DNA of 64,000 bases from Azonexaceae bacterium (GTDB lineage Bacteria > Pseudomonadota > Gammaproteobacteria > Burkholderiales > Rhodocyclaceae): NCBI GenBank assembly GCA_013335535.1, contig JAAXVL010000010.1:78992-142991 (forward strand), given 5' to 3'. This document shows, piece by piece, positions 58,630 through 64,000 of this stretch. A model generated the notes under the pieces. The model searched no databases and was not told the DNA's origin. It was given only the letters and a program-made list of their open reading frames with translations. Position 1 is the first letter of the stretch, and every line of letters starts with the position of its first letter. The translations under genes and the position numbers were made by a program.

Positions 58630-59927
58630 GGCGCCGTCAGCTTGGCGGCGAGTTTGGCCTCGATGTCTGCCTGATGGTGACGATAGCGCCCGATGGCACC
58701 GGCCAGATTCCACCACAGCCAGCCATTGGCCACGGCAAAAGCCAGCCCGGCTGGTCGGGCCAGCCAGGCCGGGATGACGATGGCGGCGAGAAGCAGAGCC
58801 AGGGCGGCGGCGTAAGCCAGCAACTGCCGGTGCATGGCGGGTTCGGCGAGAATCTTGTTCATGGCCGGGGCCGGCACCTTGGCCTGGCCGCAAGTCTGCA
58901 GGTGCGTCCAGGATAAAAAGGGAACGATCTTGTAGAGCATGCCGGTGATGAAGGGGATGAATCCGCCGGCAATGAGCAAAACACCGAACATGAGGGTCCA
59001 GCCATCGATGTCAGCCAGCGCCGGCCGGATTGCCACGGTCAACAGGAAAAACAGCCCAAAAATGGAAAGTATCAAACCGAGCTGCCAGTAGCGGTAGGTG
59101 GCATCCGGCCGCGCCCGCCGCCGCTGCCCCTGCAGGCGCAGGGTCAGCCCGGCGAAGGCCATGCCGGCCAATGCCGCGCCAAGCTGGCCGAGGCGGACGA
59201 GCAGTGACCAGTCGCCGAGCACGCCGATGCTCCACAGCAGCAGCATGAGCAGCATGAAGAGCGGGAACCACCAGCTGGCGCGCGCCGGGTAGCCGGGCGT
59301 CAACTGGAACATCGGCACCACGACGTAGGCCATGGCCGCCAGCAGGACACCGGCCCAGCCGCCCAGCCCCCAACCGGCGTGCAGGTCAGCCAGCGCCATG
59401 AGGGGCAATGGCCAGCCATAGGCCAGCGCCAGTGCCAGAACGACGCCGAGCCCGACGACACCGGACAAGCCGAACAGCGCGACCTTGATGCCGCGGATGG
59501 TCGGGCTGGTTGTCGGGACGGCGATCAGGGCGCTGACGGTTACCGCCAGGAAGAACAGCATGCTCAGACCGAGCGTCAGGGCCGCGATGCCGAGCAGCGC
59601 AGGTGCCCCGAAAAAGAACCCGGCAGCCAGCAGGAGCGCCCCGACCGTGAGGCCGACATGGACGACGCGGGCTACGGCCACCGGCCGTTTCAGGCTAGCA
59701 CCGGCGACCACTGGCAGAATCTGGATGAGCGCGCCGAGCATGACCTGCAGCATGAAGCCGATGGTGATCAGATGCGTCGCCGCCAGGGCGCCGGGCGTCC
59801 ACCGCGAGGCGAAGATATCCGGCCCTTCGAAGGCGACGAGCAGGCCGGCCAGTGCTGCAAAGAGCGGCGCGGTCAGAAAGAAGCGCAGCGGCGCGGCGAA
59901 GGGCGGTGCGTTTTCGAAGGCCAGCAT
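58626..59927 (-). CDS. polytopic inner-membrane protein of unknown function (about 12 TM)
   Basis: 433 aa, almost entirely hydrophobic helices. No motif I can assign. Confidence 0.7.
   Translation of the reverse strand: MLAFENAPPFAAPLRFFLTAPLFAALAGLLVAFEGPDIFASRWTPGALAATHLITIGFMLQVMLGALIQILPVVAGASLKRPVAVARVVHVGLTVGALLLAAGFFFGAPALLGIAALTLGLSMLFFLAVTVSALIAVPTTSPTIRGIKVALFGLSGVVGLGVVLALALAYGWPLPLMALADLHAGWGLGGWAGVLLAAMAYVVVPMFQLTPGYPARASWWFPLFMLLMLLLWSIGVLGDWSLLVRLGQLGAALAGMAFAGLTLRLQGQRRRARPDATYRYWQLGLILSIFGLFFLLTVAIRPALADIDGWTLMFGVLLIAGGFIPFITGMLYKIVPFLSWTHLQTCGQAKVPAPAMNKILAEPAMHRQLLAYAAALALLLAAIVIPAWLARPAGLAFAVANGWLWWNLAGAIGRYRHHQADIEAKLAAKLTAP
59030..59073 (-). repeat. dispersed repeat, degenerate copy inside the membrane-protein coding region
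   Basis: ttgccacggtcaacaggaaaaacagcccaaaaatggaaagtatc; encodes LSIFGLFFLLTVAI within a predicted TM helix. Confidence 0.6.
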
Positions 59928-59966
59928 CGCTTGAATGGAACCTGAATTGTCGGAAAAACCGCTGGT

Positions 59967-60194
59967 CTAGCGTGAAATCAGGATTTCGAAGGTGCCGTCG
60001 GGCAGCAACTCGGTTTCGTAATTGTGGCCATTCTGGCGCAGCACCTTGTAGAGCGGGTGCGGCTCGCGGAAGAGCAAAAGCAGCATCTTCTCGCCCTCCT
60101 TCAGCGTGTCGAGCATTTCCATGGTGGCCACGAAGGGGCCGGGCGGCTCCATGTAGCGGGCGTCGACAACGTGCGGGGTCTTGGGGTGGGTCAT
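59967..60194 (-). CDS. DUF2249-family protein
   Basis: ATG 60194 overlaps the hemerythrin-like gene stop (ATGA). HVVDARYMEPPGPFVATMEMLDTL matches the DUF2249 pattern as I recall it. Confidence 0.8.
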   Translation of the reverse strand: MTHPKTPHVVDARYMEPPGPFVATMEMLDTLKEGEKMLLLLFREPHPLYKVLRQNGHNYETELLPDGTFEILISR

Positions 60195-60637
60195 TGTTCG
60201 CAAAGTTCCGTTTCCAGCCGCTCGAGAATGGCCGGCAGTTCAGCCGTCAGATGCTGGTCGCACATCGGGTAGAGCATGTTCTCTTCCTTCATGTTGTGCT
60301 GCTGCATCATGATGACCAGCGTATCGGCCAGCCCGAGGTAGTCTTCGGCATTGGCCATCTTCAGGGCTTCGGCGGCATCGTCGAGCAGGCTGCGCAGTTG
60401 CTCGTGTTCCATGCGCATGACCTGGGTCGGTCCCATGCGCATGCCGGTCTTCGCTTCGAAGGTCGGGAAAAGCGTCTTTTCCTCGCTGTCGAAGTGCGCC
60501 AGCATGGCTGAATGAAAATGCCCGAAGGCGGCGCGGGCAAGGTCGAAACTGCCCTTGCCGACAGCCTGTTCGGCTTCGGCAAAAAGATCGTCGCAACGGC
60601 GATGATCGTCGGTCATGAAACTGCGAATGGTGGTCAT
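60191..60637 (-). CDS. hemerythrin HHE cation-binding domain protein
   Basis: Motifs MTDDHRRCDDLF, HFDSEEKTLFP, MRMEHEQL and HNMKEENMLYP (H/E iron ligands). Confidence 0.85.
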   Translation of the reverse strand: MTTIRSFMTDDHRRCDDLFAEAEQAVGKGSFDLARAAFGHFHSAMLAHFDSEEKTLFPTFEAKTGMRMGPTQVMRMEHEQLRSLLDDAAEALKMANAEDYLGLADTLVIMMQQHNMKEENMLYPMCDQHLTAELPAILERLETELCEQ

Positions 60638-60693
60638 GGACGGCTCAATGGCTAAGGATGAGCCATTCTCGGGGTAGCCCCCCGAGCGGCACC

Positions 60694-60707
60694 TTGACCG
60701 CCATCAA
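60694..60707. promoter_or_regulatory. FNR/Dnr/NnrR-type box TTGAC-CGCC-ATCAA
   Basis: One mismatch to TTGAT-N4-ATCAA; centred about 63 nt upstream of ATG 60637. Confidence 0.5.
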
Positions 60708-60718
60708 ATCCGGTTCAA

Positions 60719-61459
60719 TCAGCCGCCGCAGATGCCAACCTGCAAATCGTCGAACCAGTTGATGAAGCGCTGCACATCAGCCCCCTGGTAGATCGCCCCG
60801 TGCTGCGGGCAGAGCATGTCGATCTCCATTTGCGAAACCCGCTCGCACCAGCGGCGCTTGGCCTCGTTGGAACCCATCCAGCGGCGGTGGAAACCCTCGG
60901 CATGACGAATGTGCTTGTCAAAACTTTCCACGAACAGGCCATCTTCGCCCGGCGGCAACAGGGCCGCGCCGACGTCACCGGAAAACAGCACCTTGGCGAC
61001 CTTGTCATAGAGGTGCAAATTGCCCGACGAATGCAGGTAATGCGCCGGAATGGCCTTGAGCATCAGGCCGTCAAGCGAGATGTCGGCACCTTCGTCGGGC
61101 ATCGAGACGAAAGTTTCTGCCGTACCACCAAAATGCGGAATGAAGCTGCTCCACAGCCAGCTGACGTAGCAACGCATCTTCGGATTGAATTCGAGCCACA
61201 GGGCCAGTGAAGAACAGATATCAGGGTCCTGGTGCGAGGCGAAAATGGCGCTCAACGCCGACGGATCGAACTCCGACGACAAGGCCGAGAAAACCGCCGG
61301 GAACACTTCGGCGCCGCCCGGGTCGAGCAGAATCCCCTGGCCGCCATGGGTCACCAGGTATTCATTGGTATCGATCAGGTAGTTCGGCTTGTCCGGATCG
61401 CGCACGATAGCGACCCATTTGTGGTTGCCATCCTGAAAGATCGTTTTTGTTTTTTTCAC
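60719..61459 (-). CDS. metallo-beta-lactamase-fold di-iron protein without a flavodoxin domain (ODP / FprA-core-like)
   Basis: 246 aa with a GTG start. Ligand-like positions SHQDPD, PAHYLHS, FSGDVG and CPQHG are in the order of flavodiiron/ODP di-iron sites. Confidence 0.65.
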   Translation of the reverse strand: MKKTKTIFQDGNHKWVAIVRDPDKPNYLIDTNEYLVTHGGQGILLDPGGAEVFPAVFSALSSEFDPSALSAIFASHQDPDICSSLALWLEFNPKMRCYVSWLWSSFIPHFGGTAETFVSMPDEGADISLDGLMLKAIPAHYLHSSGNLHLYDKVAKVLFSGDVGAALLPPGEDGLFVESFDKHIRHAEGFHRRWMGSNEAKRRWCERVSQMEIDMLCPQHGAIYQGADVQRFINWFDDLQVGICGG

Positions 61460-61477
61460 GCATCCGCTCCCGTATTC

Positions 61478-62107
61478 TCAGTTGCCGGCAAAAAAGGCTG
61501 ACCGGCGCAGCGCTTCCAGTGAAGCACGAATTTCTTCGACGACGCCGTCGAATTCCCCCGAAACCTGCGACAGCGGCACGGCAAAACTCTGGCCGTAAGC
61601 CGCTTCGATCTTGGCCGACTTGGCCAGCACGCCCCCCAGCTCGACCATCCTGAAGGCATCGTCGAGCGCCCCCCGGAGCTGTTTGCGCAAGCGGGCCAGA
61701 CGCTCGGCGTGGCGGTTATTCTCGACTTCACGTGCGGCCAGCACGTCACGCCCGCAACCGGCCGGCGACAGGTCGACAGCCCGCCGCAACAGCGCGGTAT
61801 GGCGGATATCCTGCAGGACCAGCGACACCTCGGTAACGCAGCCGTGGATAAGGCTGGTCAGCGATGACATGCCGTCGCGCAGATCCTGCGAAAACACCCG
61901 CAGTTCATTGGACAGCACACCAAAGCCCCGCGCCGCCGTCCCCGCCCGTTTGGCCAGGAAAATGGCGTTGAGGGCCATGATATTGATCTTGAAGGCGACG
62001 CCGACGACCGACTTGATCTCCTCGTTAATGCGGACGATGCGCAACAGGTCGACGCCGGCCTGCTGCGTCTTGGTCGGTAGGGTGGTCAGTGCAGTCGTCA
62101 TGGTCAT
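61478..62107 (-). CDS. soluble mini-MCP: methyl-accepting-chemotaxis signalling-tip domain only (209 aa)
   Basis: INIMALNAIFLAKRAGTAARGFGVLSNELRVFS aligns by eye to the MCP hairpin-tip consensus (LALNAAIEAARAGE.GRGFAVVADEVR.LA). No TM or sensor domain. Confidence 0.6.
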   Translation of the reverse strand: MTMTTALTTLPTKTQQAGVDLLRIVRINEEIKSVVGVAFKINIMALNAIFLAKRAGTAARGFGVLSNELRVFSQDLRDGMSSLTSLIHGCVTEVSLVLQDIRHTALLRRAVDLSPAGCGRDVLAAREVENNRHAERLARLRKQLRGALDDAFRMVELGGVLAKSAKIEAAYGQSFAVPLSQVSGEFDGVVEEIRASLEALRRSAFFAGN

Positions 62108-62185
62108 TGCGCAGCCGGTTGTTCAGTCAGATAGCAATGTATCAATTTCAGCAAGGAACAACCAGAAGACTGTTGATTTTGCCAC

Positions 62186-63934
62186 TTATTTTTCGAGCAC
62201 ATAGCTACCGGGCGCATCGGCCAGGGCCGGGAACTTGCGGTTGGCCGCCGGGTAAGCCGCGACCAGATCGCCGGTCCGTTCGCCGAGCCAGCGCGTCCAG
62301 TCTTCCCACCAGGTGCCGGGCTTTTTCTCGGCACGCTCGAACCAGTGTTCCCAGTGCTCGTTGCGTTCGGGTTCGCCGATCCAGTAGGCACGCTTGGGCG
62401 GGTTGGCCGGTGGATTGACGATGCCGAGAATGTGCCCCGAGGTCGACAGCACGAAGCGCACCGGCGCCTTGACGTTGATCTGCTTGCGAATGCGGTAGCA
62501 CTGTTTCCACGGCGCGATATGGTCGTCTTCGGCGGTCACGGCGTAGAGCGGCTGCTCGATGAGGTCAAGGTCAATGGACTCGCCACCGATGGTCAGCTTG
62601 TCGCGCTTGATCAGGTTGTTGTTGAGGTACAACTCGCGCAGGTAGTAGGAATGCATGGCCTGCGGCATGCGCGTCGTGTCCATGTTCCAGAACAGGACGT
62701 CGAACGGGGGCAGCGGCTGGCCGAGCAGATAGCTGTTGACCCAGTAGTTCCAGATCAGCGGGTTCGAACGCAGCATGCGGAAGGAACTGGCCATTTCGCT
62801 GCCATCGAGGAAACCCTTCTTGGCCATCGACTCTTCGAGCGCGTTGATACAGGCTTCGTCGATGAAGACATCAATGTCGCCCGGATGAGCAAAATCGGTC
62901 AGCGTTGTAAACAACGTCCAGTGGGCAACCGGCACCTTGTCGACACCAAAATGCTTGTTGGCCCAGGCCATGTAGGTGCTGACCAGCGTGCCGCCGATGC
63001 AGTAGCCGACCAGATGGACCTTGGGCACCTTGCAGAATTCGGTCACGACGCGCACGACCTCGTTGACGCCTTCGAGCAGGTAATCGTCGAAGCGGACGTC
63101 GGACAGATCCTCGCCCGGATTCTTCCAGCTCGTGATGAAGACCGAGAAGCCCTGATCGGTCAGATACTTGACCATGCTCTTCTTGGCCGTAAGGTCGAGG
63201 ATGTAGAACTTGTTGATCCACGGCGTGATGATGACGATGGGCATCGCCCGTACTTTTTCGGTGGTCGGCGTGTAGTGGATCAGTTCGACCAGACGATTGC
63301 GGAAAACCACCTTGCCCGGCGTCGTTGCGAGATCCTCGCCAACCTTGAAGGCGTCCGGTTCGACCATCAGGATGTTCTTGGCCTTGACGTCGCGCTGGAA
63401 GTTTTCCCATCCCTGCTTGAGGCTGCCGCCATTGGTTTCGACGAAGCGCTTCATGGCCACCGGATTGAGCCAGAAGAAATTGGTCGGTGCCACCATGTTG
63501 AGCCAGTTCCGCAGCCAGAAGGCGGAGCGACGACGTTCCTTGTCGGAGAGCCCCGGGGTTTCAAACAGCATGTCCTCGAAGCGGTGCTCGAAGGCGACGT
63601 ACCATTCCTTGACGATGTCCCAGCTCGCCGATTCGGTCCAGATCGGGTCCGCGAAGCGGGCGTCGTCGGCACTCGGCCGGACCACATCGCCGGACGGAAT
63701 CCCCAACGCCCTACGCATGACGTGCGACTGAAGCGCAACGAGGTCGCCGGACAGTGCGCTCATGGCGCGGGTCAGCTCCTGCGGGTGCATCAACCAGGCC
63801 ATTTGTGCATTGAGTAGCGAGGTCGTCACGCCATAGGGATCGATGGCGTTGCTGACGGCCTTGCCGAGCGATTCAACCGGACTCAGAGTGTTGATATCGA
63901 CGCCGTTGTGGCGCGCGGTTCCATTGCCAGACAT
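62186..63934 (-). CDS. phaC: class I poly(3-hydroxyalkanoate) synthase
   Basis: 582 aa with the lipase-box GYCIGG (catalytic Cys) and PhaC N-terminal domain motifs; conserved His region near the C-terminus (SGHI). Confidence 0.9.
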   Translation of the reverse strand: MSGNGTARHNGVDINTLSPVESLGKAVSNAIDPYGVTTSLLNAQMAWLMHPQELTRAMSALSGDLVALQSHVMRRALGIPSGDVVRPSADDARFADPIWTESASWDIVKEWYVAFEHRFEDMLFETPGLSDKERRRSAFWLRNWLNMVAPTNFFWLNPVAMKRFVETNGGSLKQGWENFQRDVKAKNILMVEPDAFKVGEDLATTPGKVVFRNRLVELIHYTPTTEKVRAMPIVIITPWINKFYILDLTAKKSMVKYLTDQGFSVFITSWKNPGEDLSDVRFDDYLLEGVNEVVRVVTEFCKVPKVHLVGYCIGGTLVSTYMAWANKHFGVDKVPVAHWTLFTTLTDFAHPGDIDVFIDEACINALEESMAKKGFLDGSEMASSFRMLRSNPLIWNYWVNSYLLGQPLPPFDVLFWNMDTTRMPQAMHSYYLRELYLNNNLIKRDKLTIGGESIDLDLIEQPLYAVTAEDDHIAPWKQCYRIRKQINVKAPVRFVLSTSGHILGIVNPPANPPKRAYWIGEPERNEHWEHWFERAEKKPGTWWEDWTRWLGERTGDLVAAYPAANRKFPALADAPGSYVLEK

Positions 63935-64000
63935 GAGATTTCCTCTTACTGATTCAGTGTGAATACAACGAATTGATGTTACGCCGATATGAACTCACCG

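Noticed and set aside
58626-59927. Calling the 12-TM protein NnrS
   Set aside because: The genomic context (hemerythrin, DUF2249, FNR-type box) suggested NnrS. I could not find the His-rich motifs I associate with NnrS (for example an HAHEM-like motif), so it is left as unknown.

Overview
High-GC chromosomal segment with a few visibly AT-richer patches. Gene content looks like a facultatively anaerobic, denitrifier-type betaproteobacterium (Rhodocyclales-like); that is a guess from gene content only. I call about 57 protein-coding genes or gene remnants and see no rRNA, tRNA or CRISPR array. All family names come from motif recognition by eye, with no HMM or BLAST run.

Gene order:
- 0-13 kb: PepSY-TM (partial), cytochrome c-prime and b561, dienelactone hydrolase, SMP-30 lactonase, sbp-cysT-cysW (no cysA), a YccA/BI-1 protein, a decayed IS5/AraC/SDR insertion, a TonB-dependent receptor, an FKBP and a DsbA-like protein.
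- 13-24 kb: a hybrid sensor kinase, then a tightly coupled 7-gene minus-strand operon (SoxYZ-like carrier, MBL hydrolase, TonB, TonB-dependent receptor, NarX/NarL-type two-component pair, proline iminopeptidase).
- 24-40 kb: alcohol/aldehyde oxidation region. It holds a PQQ alcohol dehydrogenase with the lanthanide-type Asp signature, c-type cytochromes, a secreted tandem-Cache protein, a hemerythrin, a corrinoid methyltransferase-like module co-transcribed with a GAF hybrid kinase, aldehyde dehydrogenase plus DUF779, and a FadL-type porin.
- 40-64 kb: split YeeE/YedE, two orphan genes, CSD-DUF1294, a GNAT in low-GC DNA, a TetR-controlled RND efflux system, an SDR, a PaaI thioesterase, a second PQQ-accessory operon (cytochrome c550, MoxJ-like SBP, YVTN propeller, cytochrome b561), a sigma-54 AcoR-type activator, a hemerythrin/DUF2249/membrane/SirB2 operon, a di-iron ODP-like protein with a mini-MCP, and phaC.

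Most interesting observations:
1. A dispersed ~40-bp repeat (core TTCCGGTTGACCGTGG) is present 14 times. Three copies lie inside reading frames.
2. Six sigma-54 promoters tie dispersed alcohol-oxidation loci to one activator.
3. The TonB/receptor/MBL/SoxYZ-like/two-component operon is divergent from a lanthanide-type PQQ-ADH.
4. The corrinoid module (RACo-like activase, B12-binding protein, URO-D/MtaA-like protein, DUF1638) lacks a recognisable substrate methyltransferase and is fused transcriptionally to a soluble hybrid kinase.
5. An ODP plus mini-MCP sensor pair sits in a betaproteobacterial context.
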